Source of the DNA: an uncultured Chloroflexia bacterium
Lineage (GTDB): Bacteria; Chloroflexota; Limnocylindria; QHBO01
Assembly: GCA_963814375.1 (NCBI GenBank)
Contig: CAWFCQ010000008.1
Location: 352,001 to 416,000 of the forward strand
DNA: 64,000 nucleotides
Direction of reading: 5' to 3'
The notes under the pieces were generated by a model that was given only the letters and a program-made list of their open reading frames with translations, made no database searches and was not told the DNA's origin. A program made the translations under genes and the position numbers. Below, one piece after another: positions 39,747 through 55,967 of the stretch. Each line of letters begins with the position of its first letter. The first letter of the stretch is position 1.

Positions 39747-42700
39747 ATGCTCTCTATACCGACGCGTGTGCGTCGGGCTGCCGTCCTTCTCGCCATCATC
39801 CTTCTCGTCAGCGGCCCGACGATTCCCGCCACCAACCAGGTCGCCCAGGCTGCCACGCTCACGGGCTTCCGTGACTCCGCGGTCCTGACCGGCCTGCGGA
39901 ACCCGACGGCGGTCGAGTTCAGCCCGGACGGGCGCATCTTCGTGGCCGAGAAGAGCGGGATCATCCGCGTCTTCCCGGACTTCGGGCAGCCCGGAACGGT
40001 CTTCGCCGACCTCTCGGCCGAGGTCCACAACTACTGGGACCGCGGCCTGCTCGGGCTCGCGCTGCACCCGGACTTCCCGGATACCCCGTGGGTCTATGCG
40101 CTCTACACCCGCAATGCCCTGCCCGGCGGCGCCGCGCCGCAGTGGCCCGACAGCTGCCCGTCGCCTCCATCGGCGAACGGCGACGGCTGCGTCGTTAGCG
40201 GCCGCCTCGTGCGCCTCGTGGCCTCCGGCAACGTCGCCACCGGCGCACCGACCAATCTCATCACCGATTGGTGCCAGCAGTTCCCGAGTCACTCGGTGGG
40301 CCACCTCGCCTTCGGTCCGGACGGCATGCTCTACGTCTCGGCGGGCGACGGCGCGCACTTCTTCGTCGCGGACTACGGTCAGCGCGGTGGAACCGCCGGA
40401 TCTCCGACGCCGATCAACCCCTGTGGCGACCCGCCGACCCCGCCCGGCACGGCGATGGCGCCGCCCACGGCGCAGGGCGGCGCGCTCCGGTCGCAGGACC
40501 TCTTCGCCACCGGTGACCCGGTCGGGCTGGACGGCACCATCCTGCGCATCGACCCGGTGACCGGCGCAGCCGCTGCCGGCAACCCGCTCATCGGCGACGC
40601 TGACGTGAATGCCCGGCGCATCATCGCCTCCGGACTGCGCAACCCTTTCCGATTCACCTTCCGCCCCGGGACGAGTGAGATCTGGCTCGGCGATGTCGGC
40701 TGGGGAACCACGGAAGAGATCAACCGGCTCCCGAGCCTGGGCGCGCCGGTGGAGAACTACGGATGGCCCTGCTACGAGGGGCCGATCCGCCAGTCGAACT
40801 ACGACGACGCCAATCTCGACGTGTGCGAGTCGCTGTACGCCCTCGGGCCGACGGCGGTGACCGCGCCATGGTTCAGCTACCAGCACGCCAACAAGGTCGT
40901 CCCGGGTGAGGGCTGCGCGACCGGCGGCTCCGCGATCACCGGGGTCTCCTTCTACGAGGGCGGCTCGTACCCGGACAGCTATGACGGAGCGCTCTTCTTC
41001 GCCGACAACATCCGCAACTGCATCTGGGTGGCTCGCCCCGCGGCGCCGGGCCAGCTGCCCTCGACGACCTCGATCCAGACCCTGGTCGACGGTGCGGTCG
41101 GCGGGCCGGTTGAGCTCGAGATCGGCCCCGGCGGCGACCTCTACTACGTCGGCTTCGGTGACCCCACCGGCGCGCTTGCGGACGGTTCGCTTCGGCGCGT
41201 GCACTACACGCCCGGAAACCAGCTGCCGGTCGCCGATGTCACGGCCACCCCCGATGCCGGCCCGACGCCGCTGACGGTCACGCTGGATGCGTCCGGCTCG
41301 ACCGACCAGGATCCCGGCGACCTGCTGACGTTCGCCTGGGACCTCGATGGCGATGGCTTCGACGATGGCGCCGGCGCGACGCTGGTGCATACCTTCCCGA
41401 CCGACGGCGACTACACCGTTCGAGTTCGAGTAACGGACTCGGCCGGGGGCACCGATACCGACAACGTGATCGTCTCAGGCGGTAACTCTCCGCCGATCCC
41501 GGTCATCGCCACCCCGACCGCCGGGACGACCTGGCAGGTGGACCAGTCGATCGGCTTCTCCGGGTCGGCCGATGACGGCGAGGGGAACGCCCTGCCGGCA
41601 ACCGCCTTGACGTGGAGCATGGTGATGCACCATTGCGGAAGCCCGACCGACTGTCATGAGCACGCGGTCGAGTCCTGGCCGGACGTTGCGTCCGGGACGC
41701 TGGTGGCGCCCGACCACGAGTATCCGTCGCACATCGAGCTCGTCCTGACGGCGACCGACCCCCAGGGCCTCACCGTCCAGACCTCGCGCAACCTCAACCC
41801 CCGGACCGTCGGCCTCACCTTCACGAGCACGCCGACCGGGGCCGACCTGTCTGTCGGGACCCATACGGCGACGGCTCCGTTCACGCAGACGGCGATCGTC
41901 GGCTCGCGCATCGAGATCTCGGCTCCCGACCAGGAGATCGGGGGTAGCGATCTGGAGTTCGCCGCGTGGAGCGATGGTGGGGCCGAGACGCACGAGATCG
42001 TCGTTCCCGCCACGGCAAGGACCTACGCCGCCTCCTTCGAAGGCGGTCCGGTCTACTCCGGGGCACCTGACTACGAGGGCTACGAGGGCGTCACGCTGAG
42101 TGCCGCAGCCGGCGCGGTGGATCCGGACGGGGGCCTGGTGACACACAGCGCGACGGGGCTCCCCAGCGGCCTCAGCATCGACACGGCGACCGGCCGGATC
42201 CAGGGCAGCCGCGGCTCGACCGGCAGCGGCAGTTTCGCGGTCACCATCGAGGCGACCGACGACGAGGGGGACTCGACCGAGCGAGACATCACGATCACGA
42301 TCCACGACGCGGTCTTCTCGGCCAGGCGCGCGAGCTTCGAGGCCGGTACGCATCGGGGATTCATCTTCTCCGGGAACGGAACGGTGACCAGCCAGAAGGA
42401 CGGCACCCTGGCCCGGGCCTCGGGCGCATCGGTGGATCGCCGTCGCCTGTGGAACGGGCGACCATACCTGCATGTCGTCAACGGCGTTTGGGCCGGGTAC
42501 TGGCTGCCTGAGTCGGCCGACGTCCGGCTGCCCGGGATCGTGGGTGAGGTCGACTTCACGTCGCCACGTCGTGCGACCTTCGCGGCGGGCTCCCATACGG
42601 GCCACGTGCTCTCGGGGACCGGAAGCCTGACCTCGCCGAAGAGCGCGAACCTGGCACACGACTCCAGCGCCTCCAGCGGAGGCAGGGTGGTCGTCAACGG

Positions 42701-42982
42701 ACGCCCGTACCTGCGCATCGTGAACGGCATCTGGGCCGGCCGCGTCGTTCCCGAGCACTATCTCGTCGCTCAACGCGGGAAGCCACTCCGCGTGGGACAT
42801 CGAGGCGGGCGCCGTCTCGAGCGCTTTCACGTATGCCCTCGGGCTCTCCGTCGGGCGCATCGGCCGTCGCGCGCATCCGGGTGTCGGGCAGCTGGTACCT
42901 GGCGGTCTCGAACGGCGTGTTCGAGGGTCACTGGCTGCGCGAGTCGGCCGCGGTGCGGCGCCGCGTCGCCCTGAGCGACTAG
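39747..42982 (+). CDS. Large secreted protein: glucose/sorbosone-dehydrogenase-like beta-propeller, PKD, Ig-like domains and three C-terminal repeats; apparent frameshifts near 42756 and 42848
   Basis: Signal peptide ending AQA; RGLLGLALHPDF, LAFGPDGMLYVSAGDG, GLRNPFR, NYGWP; PKD LDASGSTD...FAWDLDGD; ATGLPSGLSID. Confidence 0.85.
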
Positions 42983-42991
42983 GCCACGCGC

Positions 42992-43007
42992 TGGCACTGA
43001 CCGTGCA
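42992..43007 (+). promoter_or_regulatory. sigma54-like -24/-12 promoter
   Basis: TGGCAC-TGACC-GTGCA (one mismatch); predicted +1 at about 43018, next to ATG 43019. Confidence 0.5.
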
Positions 43008-43018
43008 TGGGGTCGGCC

Positions 43019-43159
43019 ATGGAACTCGCCGTCGCCATCGTCACGCTCGCCATGGGGATACTCCTCGAGCGCACCCGGCCGGCTGCGGGTCCGGGTCCGG
43101 ATCGACCCCGACCGCTGATCCCCCGACAGCCGTCCGCCCGGAAGGGTGATCGCCACTAG
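43019..43159 (+). CDS. Small hypothetical membrane peptide (46 aa, not in the ORF track)
   Basis: MELAVAIVTLAMGILLERTRPAAGPGPDRPRPLIPRQPSARKGDRH*; hydrophobic N-terminus, genome-like codon usage, fills the intergenic gap. Confidence 0.5.
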   Translation: MELAVAIVTLAMGILLERTRPAAGPGPDRPRPLIPRQPSARKGDRH

Positions 43160-43169
43160 AATCGAGGGG

Positions 43170-45641
43170 ATGTCCCTCGACTCCGTCGCCCCTCTTCCGG
43201 CCCCGACCCGCCTGACGGCGAAGGAGATCCTGGAGCGGCTCAATCCTCCCCAGCAGGAGGCCGTGAGCCACCTCACCGGGCCCCTCCTCATCCTCGCCGG
43301 TGCGGGGAGCGGGAAGACGCGCGTGCTCGCCCATCGCGTGGCGTATCTCATCGCCACCAGCTACAAGCCGTGGCAGCTCGTGGCCGTCACCTTCACGAAC
43401 AAGGCGGCCACCGAGATGCGGCAGCGGATCGCCGGCCTCATCGGCGAGGAGGCTGCACGCGAGGCGACGATCGGCACCTTCCACGCCATCTGCGCCCGCA
43501 TCCTGCGGCGCGACGGCACGGTCCTCGGCCTCACCCGCAGCTTCACGATCTACGACCGCGCCGACCAGGTCGCGCTGATCAAGGGCGTGCTGCGCCAGCA
43601 GGACCTCGACGAGAAGCGCTTCAGCCCGAACGGGATGCTTGCCTGGATCGGCCAGCGCAAGGACGAGCTCGCCGATGTCGCGACCGCCAGCCGCCAGGCC
43701 GCGAACTACTACGACGAGACCGCGGCACGCGTCTACGCCGGGTATCAGCGGCAGCTGGCCGAGGACGATGCCGTCGACTTCGACGACCTCCTCATGCGCG
43801 TGGTGACCCTCTTCGAGGAGCACCCCGAGGTCCTCGCCCGCTACCAGGCGCGATGGCAGCAGATCCTGGTCGACGAGTACCAGGACACGAACCGGGCGCA
43901 GTACCTCATCTGCCGCAGCCTCGCGGCCAAGCACAAGAACCTCGCCGTGGTCGGAGACGACGACCAGTCGATCTACTCGTGGCGCGGCGCGGACCTGCGC
44001 AACATCCTCGACTTCGAGGCCGACTATCCCGATGCGAAGGTCGTGAAGCTCGAGCAGAACTACCGCTCGACCCAGACCATCCTCGACGCGGCGCATGCCG
44101 TCGTCAGCCGCAATGCCGGCCGCAAGGACAAGAAGCTCTGGACCGACCGCGGCGCCGGGACCCAGATCACCCTCTTCGACGCCTACAACGAGTACGAGGA
44201 GGCCGAGTTCGTCGCGCGCCAGGTCGAGAAGCTGGTCGGCGGCGCCCGTCGTGGCGGCATGGCCGCCCTGCTCACCAGCCGCGCCGATGACGAGGACGGC
44301 GCGTTGGCCTACGGCGACATCGCGGTTGGGTATCGGATCAACGCACAGTCGCGCGTGCTGGAAGAGTCGTTCATGCGCTTCGGGATCCCGTACCAGCTCG
44401 TCGGAGGGACCCGCTTCTACGAGCGGCGCGAGGTCAAGGACGTCCTCGCCTACCTGCGCCTGGCCCGCAACGCGGCCGATCGGGTGGCGATCGGTCGCAT
44501 CATCAACGTCCCGGCGCGCGGCATCGGCGCCAAGACGGTCGAGGAGCTCAACGCCTGGGCCGAGGCGCGGGACGGCACCATGTGGCAGGCGGTCGAGGCC
44601 GCCGGCGACAACCTGAACCTCGCCGACCGCTCTCGCGCGCAGCTGGCCACCTTCGCCGAGCTGATGCGCGGCCTGATGACGATGGCCGCCACCGAGCCGC
44701 CGTCGGCGGTGATCGACGCCGCGGTCGAGCGGTCGGGGCTCCAGGCCGCCATCCAGGACGGCACCGACGAGGGCGAGGAGCGCTGGGCGAACGTGGTCGA
44801 GCTCCGCAACCATGCCGCGGAGTTCGACGAGATCGCCGCGCCGGAGGGCCTTGCCCGCTTCCTGGAGGAGGTCGCCCTCGTCAGCGACCAGGACGAGCTC
44901 GAGGACGTCCCGGACCGCGTCACACTCATCACCCTCCACGCGGCCAAGGGGCTCGAGTTTCCGGTCGTCTTCATCGTCGGCATGGAGGAGGGCCTGCTGC
45001 CGCATCGGCGTGCGCTCGAGGACGAACGAGAGCTGGAGGAGGAGCGACGCCTCGCCTACGTCGGCATGACGCGCGCGAAGGACCGCCTCTACCTGGTCCA
45101 TGCGCATCACCGGTCGACCTATGGCATCGGCGCACAGTCCGACCCGTCGCGGTTCCTGGCCGAGCTGCCGGAGGAGCTGCTCGCCGCCGAGCGCTCCGCG
45201 GCGCCCTTCCGCCGTGGCGGTGGCGACTGGCCGCGGGGTACCGATGACGAGGGCGGCTGGCTTCCGTCCGGCTACCGGTCGCCGGTTCGGGGTCGCATCA
45301 GCGAGCCGCTGCGGCCGGTCAACCTGCCCGATCTCTCGGCTCCTGCACCGGTGGGCCGCAGCCTCGACGCGGCGCGGGAGCGCGTCGCGGCGACCTCCTA
45401 CGAGGCCGGCTCTGTCGACCTCGGCAGTGGCTCGTTCACCGCGAGCGGGGCCGGGGATGCGCTCGGCGCCGAGGAGGATCCGTCGTGGCGGGCGGGCGAC
45501 CGGGTCCGGCATCGACGCTTCGGTGATGGGATCGTCGTCAGCAGCCGGATCGTCAAGGGCGACGAGGAGGTCACCGTCGCCTTCGTGGGCGAGGGGGTGA
45601 AGCGCCTGATCGCCGCCTACGCGGGCCTGGAGCGCGCCTGA
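43170..45641 (+). CDS. pcrA: ATP-dependent DNA helicase PcrA/UvrD
   Basis: LAGAGSGKT, VTFTNKAA, VDEYQDTN, LEQNYRST, HAAKGLEFP, EERRLAYVG, Tudor-like GDRVRHRRFGDG. Confidence 0.96.
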   Translation: MSLDSVAPLPAPTRLTAKEILERLNPPQQEAVSHLTGPLLILAGAGSGKTRVLAHRVAYLIATSYKPWQLVAVTFTNKAATEMRQRIAGLIGEEAAREATIGTFHAICARILRRDGTVLGLTRSFTIYDRADQVALIKGVLRQQDLDEKRFSPNGMLAWIGQRKDELADVATASRQAANYYDETAARVYAGYQRQLAEDDAVDFDDLLMRVVTLFEEHPEVLARYQARWQQILVDEYQDTNRAQYLICRSLAAKHKNLAVVGDDDQSIYSWRGADLRNILDFEADYPDAKVVKLEQNYRSTQTILDAAHAVVSRNAGRKDKKLWTDRGAGTQITLFDAYNEYEEAEFVARQVEKLVGGARRGGMAALLTSRADDEDGALAYGDIAVGYRINAQSRVLEESFMRFGIPYQLVGGTRFYERREVKDVLAYLRLARNAADRVAIGRIINVPARGIGAKTVEELNAWAEARDGTMWQAVEAAGDNLNLADRSRAQLATFAELMRGLMTMAATEPPSAVIDAAVERSGLQAAIQDGTDEGEERWANVVELRNHAAEFDEIAAPEGLARFLEEVALVSDQDELEDVPDRVTLITLHAAKGLEFPVVFIVGMEEGLLPHRRALEDERELEEERRLAYVGMTRAKDRLYLVHAHHRSTYGIGAQSDPSRFLAELPEELLAAERSAAPFRRGGGDWPRGTDDEGGWLPSGYRSPVRGRISEPLRPVNLPDLSAPAPVGRSLDAARERVAATSYEAGSVDLGSGSFTASGAGDALGAEEDPSWRAGDRVRHRRFGDGIVVSSRIVKGDEEVTVAFVGEGVKRLIAAYAGLERA

Positions 45642-46106
45642 TGGGCGCGAACGAGCTGGCGAGCGACCTGGAGCGGGCGCGTGAAGAGCTGTTCGGCATC
45701 CTTGCGACGGTCACGCCCGCCTCGATGACGACGCCCGGCCTCGTGGGTGAATGGAGTGCCCGGGACCTCATCGCCCACCTCGGCTATTGGGCCGGGCATG
45801 CCGCGGAGGTGATCCACCTGGTCGAGCAGGGGCGCATTGACGACATCGGTGTAGGTGAGCCGAGCGTGGACGAGACGAATGCGACGGTGGCGCGCATCGC
45901 CGGCCAGACCGACCTCGCGACCGTTCGGAAGCGCGAGGCGGCATCGGTCGAGGCGCTGACGGCACGCCTGGCTGCCCTCGACCCGTCATTGTTCGCGCTG
46001 CGCCTGCCGGACGGCGCGACGCTCGAGGAGGGGATCGCGGAGGACGCCGGCGACCACTATCGCGAGCATCTCGACGAGCTGCGCCGAGCGCTCGGGGACG
46101 TCGCGC

Positions 46107-46114
<8 letters not shown>
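45641..46114 (+). CDS. DinB/YfiT-like (maleylpyruvate isomerase N-terminal-like) protein
   Basis: GEWSARDLIAHL..W and HYREH. Confidence 0.8.
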
Positions 46115-49167
<3,053 letters not shown>

Positions 49168-49171
<4 letters not shown>

Positions 49172-49694
49172 CGCCGCTCGCGCGGCCGAAATTGCCGCGC
49201 GAGACAGCCAGGCTGTGCCTTCGGCTGCTGACCGATGCGGACGCCGTCGCATTGCATGACATCTACGGCGACCCGGAGACGATGAAGTTCGTCGGCTCGA
49301 CGGGCAAGCCCGCCGCCGACGTGCCAGCCACGACGCGCGCGCTGGAGTCGTTGCGCCGCCACGACGCCCTGCATGGATTCTCGATGTGGGCGGTCGAGGA
49401 GCGGGAAACGGGAACGGTGGTGGGGATCGCCGGCCTGCTGCTGGTCGAGGGCGAAGGGCCTGACGTGGAGGCGGCCTACCTCGTCCGCCGCGACCGATGG
49501 CGACGCGGATACGCGACCGAGGCGCTGACCGAGGTGCTGCGCATCGGCCACGAGGAGCTTGGGCTCGATCGGATCGTGGCGCTCGCGTACCCGGGCAACG
49601 ATCCGTCGCGACGCGTGATGGAGAAGGCGGGGATGCTCGCGGACGGCACGGTGACCGCCTACGGCCGCGAGATGACGCGGCACGTCTCGGAGCG

Positions 49695-49698
<4 letters not shown>
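49168..49698 (+). CDS. GNAT N-acetyltransferase (RimJ/RimL type)
   Basis: ETARLCLR, WRRGYATEA, NDPSRRVMEKAGM. Confidence 0.88.
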
Positions 49699-50932
<1,234 letters not shown>

Positions 50933-50936
<4 letters not shown>

Positions 50937-51352
50937 GTGGAGTCGGGGAGCATCGTGTAGACGAGGCACTCGCCACGAAGGACCTCGGTGCCGTCGTCAC
51001 GGCGCGCAACGCAGCGCAGCCGAGTGATCGGCTTGTCCGCGCGGGCCTCGATCACCTCGGCCTCGGCAGTGACCGTATCGCCGATGAACACCGGTGCCGG
51101 GTAGTCCCACTCCTGGTGCAGGAAGACGCTGCCGGCGCCGGGCAGCTCCATCGCCACCAGCGCGTTGAACAGCCCGGTCGTCAGGCCGCCCTGCACCACG
51201 AGCCGCCCGATCCGCGTGCGCCCCGTGAAGTCGGCGTCGAAGTGGAGCGGATTGTGGTCGCCGGTGAGCCTGGCGAACGCCTCCACCTCGGCCTCCCCGA
51301 AGGTGCGCGTCCAGGTTGCACGGGTGCCGATCGGCGGCGGCGTCCAGCTCAT
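50933..51352 (-). CDS. MaoC family dehydratase
   Basis: FARLTGDHNPLHFD, APVFIGDTV. Confidence 0.9.
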
Positions 51353-52314
51353 GCGACCAGTTTCGGCCACGGGCCGGTGCCGAACGGCGCGTATGGCGCG
51401 ACGCGGTCGATGAGGCCCTCCGCGCGCCGCTCGAGCGCACCGCGCAGATCGGGGCCGGCGGCCACGACTGCGAATGCCTCGAGCATCTTGTCGGTGACGA
51501 GCGCGGCCATCTCGTCCCATCGGCCGCGGCGAGCATGGTCGGCCAGCCCATCCGCGGCAGCGCCCCAGCCGTGGTGCTCGAGCACCGGCCGGTAGGTCGG
51601 CGTCGAGGCGTAGAAGCCGATGGTCCGCCGGGCCTCGGCGGCCTCGTCATCGGTCGACGCGACGATGACCGATGCAGCCACGGCCACGGACGATCGTCGA
51701 CCGGCGCGCGCAACCGCCGGGAGCACCACGTCGGCGAGGTAGGCTCGCGAGTGGAGTGGATGCACGATGAGCCCGTCGGCGACCTCGCCGGCCAGCCCGG
51801 TCATTCCGGGTCCGACACCCGCCAGGTACACGGGGATGGCGGGGTGGTCGATGGGGCCGGGATCGAAGAAGGGCGTCATCAGGGTCAGACGGTAGAGCTC
51901 CCCGCGGAAGGTGGGCCGGCGACCGGTCTGCCACGCCTCCCACGCTGCACGGAGGACCGTGACGTACTCGCGCATCTGCGCAACCGGCCGACCGGACCAG
52001 GGCATGCCGAATCGTCGTTCGATGTGCGCGCGGACCTGGCTGCCGAGACCGAGGATGAACCTCCCGTCGGAGAGCCGCGAGAGGTCCCAGGCCGTGGCGG
52101 CGACAGCGACCGGCGACCGCGCGAAGGCGACGGCGACCGCGGTCCCAAGGTGGATGCGCTCCGTTGCCTCGGCGGCGGCCACGAGCGGCAGGAACGGGTC
52201 GTGGCTGGTCTCGGCGGTCCAGAGGCCGGCCACGCCAGCCTCTTCGGCGCGACGCGCCAGCGCGCCCGCCTCCGCCAGTGATGTGGTGAACCCGAGAGAG
52301 GCGTCGAGCCGCAC
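51349..52314 (-). CDS. LLM-class, probably F420-dependent oxidoreductase
   Basis: AETSHDPF, VAFARSP, LGLGSQVRAHIERRF, LMTPFFDPGP, FYASTPTY. Confidence 0.85.
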   Translation of the reverse strand: MRLDASLGFTTSLAEAGALARRAEEAGVAGLWTAETSHDPFLPLVAAAEATERIHLGTAVAVAFARSPVAVAATAWDLSRLSDGRFILGLGSQVRAHIERRFGMPWSGRPVAQMREYVTVLRAAWEAWQTGRRPTFRGELYRLTLMTPFFDPGPIDHPAIPVYLAGVGPGMTGLAGEVADGLIVHPLHSRAYLADVVLPAVARAGRRSSVAVAASVIVASTDDEAAEARRTIGFYASTPTYRPVLEHHGWGAAADGLADHARRGRWDEMAALVTDKMLEAFAVVAAGPDLRGALERRAEGLIDRVAPYAPFGTGPWPKLVA

Positions 52315-52316
52315 CG

Positions 52317-53145
52317 TCAGCCGCCCTCGGCCAGGAAAGACTCGACGAGGTCGTCGTACCCACGGAACGAGCTGCGCACCGTGTGGCCGCACTCGGGATC
52401 GGTGATGAGATGCGCGCCGGGGATGCGCTCCGCGACCTGCCGGGTCGCCGCTACGGGGACGACCTGGTCGAGCTCGCCGGCCAGGACGAGCGCCGGGACA
52501 TCGATCTCGCCCAGCCGATCGGTCACGAACGAGCTCGGGTCGAGCGTCGCACGCAGCTCGCCGATGAAGCGCTCGGGCGTGGCAGGCCGCGGCTGGAGCG
52601 CGGCTGCCGCCGCGAACGACCCGGACTGCTCCTCGGTGGCCGCCTTCATGACGCGCGCCATCTCGGCGAAGAACGTGCCCCAATCGCCCGCATCGCCGAG
52701 GGCGATCCACCGGGCCATCCGCTCGGCCATCGGCGAGCCTGCCGGTGTCTCCGCCGCCGGCGCTGCCAGCACGAGTCGTTCGACCAGGTCCGGATGGTCC
52801 ACGGCCAGCCAGAGGCTGATCCGCCCACCGCCCGACTCGGCCTCGATCGCGACCGGTCCCAGATCGAGTGCTTTCAGCACCGTCGCCACACCATCGGCGA
52901 TGACCCGCGGGTGCATGATCCGTTCGGCGTCGGCCGGGTCGTCGGGGATCGGGTCGACCGAGCACTGTGACGGGCCGGCCGCGCGACCGCCCCTCCCAGC
53001 GCCGGGCGAGCACCTGCTCCGTGCCGGCCAGTGGGCGCATGCCGGTTTCGACCCCTCCGAGCACGACCAGTGGCGTTCCCGTGCCTCCCGGCAGCGCGTA
53101 GGACTCGATCCGACCGTCTCGGATCGGAGTGCTCTCGGTGGCCAT
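52317..53145 (-). CDS. Alpha/beta hydrolase, apparent frameshift near 52952
   Basis: Nucleophile elbow AESGG, acid in GELD, His in CGH. Confidence 0.8.
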
Positions 53146-53184
53146 CGGCGGCAATGCTGCCAGATCGCGCTACCATCGCGGCGC

Positions 53185-53480
53185 ATGGCCTCGATCACCC
53201 GCGCCGACGTCGAGCACGTCGCCAACCTTGCCCGTCTCCACCTCGACGACGACGAGCTGGATCGGATGCAGGCTCAGCTCTCGAAGATCCTCGACGCGAT
53301 CGAGACGCTGCGCGATGTCGACACCAGCCAGGTCGGCCCCACCGCAAGCGTCATCCAGCTCGAGAACGTGATGCGCGACGACGAGGTCCGACCGGGGCTG
53401 GAGCGTGACGCGGCGCTCGCGAATGCTCCCCTCCGGGACGACCCGTATCTTCGCGTGCCGACCGTCCTGGAGGAGGGCCG

Positions 53481-53484
<4 letters not shown>
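53185..53484 (+). CDS. gatC: Asp/Glu-tRNA amidotransferase subunit C
   Basis: [26 protein letters not shown]. Confidence 0.95.
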
Positions 53485-54991
<1,507 letters not shown>

Positions 54992-55003
54992 GGAGTCCAG
55001 TCG

Positions 55004-55390
55004 ATGCGTGAACTTGGTGAGACCATCCTCGGCGTGATGTGGAAGCCGCTGGTGTGGGCGTGGGGCGCCGTGCTCATCGGGATCGTCCTCCTGTTTCCGC
55101 TGGGCGCGGCGATCGCGATCAACGCGATCGCGCGTGACTATCCGCCGGCGCTCGTGCTCGGCTCCGGCGTGGGCCTCGCTTACGTGCTGGCCATCGCGCC
55201 GTGGAACGGGGACTCGCCGTGGCACCTGCCCGTGGCGGTCGCGGCGGCGGCCACGTGCTGGGCGGGTTGGACGCTCAGTGGTCGCGCAATGGACCTCGTA
55301 GCTCTGGGAGCCTGCATCGCGGTCGCGTTGGCGGGTTGGCTCATGAGCCGATTCATCGTGCGGAGGAACGAGGTGCTGTTGAATGGCTGA
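55004..55390 (+). CDS. Hypothetical membrane protein
   Basis: SD GAGGAG, about four hydrophobic segments. Confidence 0.7.
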   Translation: MRELGETILGVMWKPLVWAWGAVLIGIVLLFPLGAAIAINAIARDYPPALVLGSGVGLAYVLAIAPWNGDSPWHLPVAVAAAATCWAGWTLSGRAMDLVALGACIAVALAGWLMSRFIVRRNEVLLNG

Positions 55391-55967
55391 GATCAGCCAC
55401 GTCCGCATCGCCGTGCGCGAGCAATCGACGCTCAATCGCATCCTTCGCGAGGGCGGCGCGCAGAGCTTTCCCCAATGGCTCTACGCCGAACCGGCCGACG
55501 AGGATCGCATCGCGCTGTGGGGCGTTCGATCGGCCCCGACCCAGTGGCTCGAGGTCCCAAAGCCGGACGACGCGCGCTTCGGCCTCTTTCCCGTCCCGAT
55601 CGATGACTGGACCGAGGCGCCGCGCGGCCTCGTGCTCGCCACGGTCGACCTCGACCGCGCCCAGGCCGATCTCGCGCCGGCGCTGGGTAATGGCTGGATC
55701 GATGCCGGTGAGGAGGCCCTCGCCGGTGCCCGGTGCCGGCGGATCACGCTCGGACGGAGCGTCCTCGCGATCGCCGAGCCAACCGGTGAGGGCTACGTCG
55801 CCGCCTGCCTGGCGCGATTCGGCGAGGGTCCGATCGCGGTCGCCCTGGATGGGACGGCGACGTCCGGCCGGCAGACGCGGGCGAACCCGATCGACGACGG
55901 GCCGGCGACCTACGTGCGCATCGGGCCCGGAACCGCGCCCGCGCTGATCTTCCTGCCGGCGAGATGA
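55383..55967 (+). CDS. Hypothetical protein with a possible VOC/glyoxalase-like C-terminal half
   Basis: Overlaps both neighbours; ATVDLDRA...YVAACLARFGEGPIAVAL pattern. Confidence 0.6.
   Translation: MAEISHVRIAVREQSTLNRILREGGAQSFPQWLYAEPADEDRIALWGVRSAPTQWLEVPKPDDARFGLFPVPIDDWTEAPRGLVLATVDLDRAQADLAPALGNGWIDAGEEALAGARCRRITLGRSVLAIAEPTGEGYVAACLARFGEGPIAVALDGTATSGRQTRANPIDDGPATYVRIGPGTAPALIFLPAR

Noticed and set aside
42979-43053. Minus-strand 24-aa ORF MASVTMATASSMADPMHGQCQRVA with SD GAGGAG
   Set aside because: Overlaps the better-supported plus-strand 46-aa ORF; the SD can be explained as the reverse of its CTC CTC codons. Not fully excluded.
43041-45512. 823-aa antisense ORF opposite pcrA, and similar long antisense ORFs
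   Set aside because: Expected mirror of high-GC codon bias; no motifs or initiation signals
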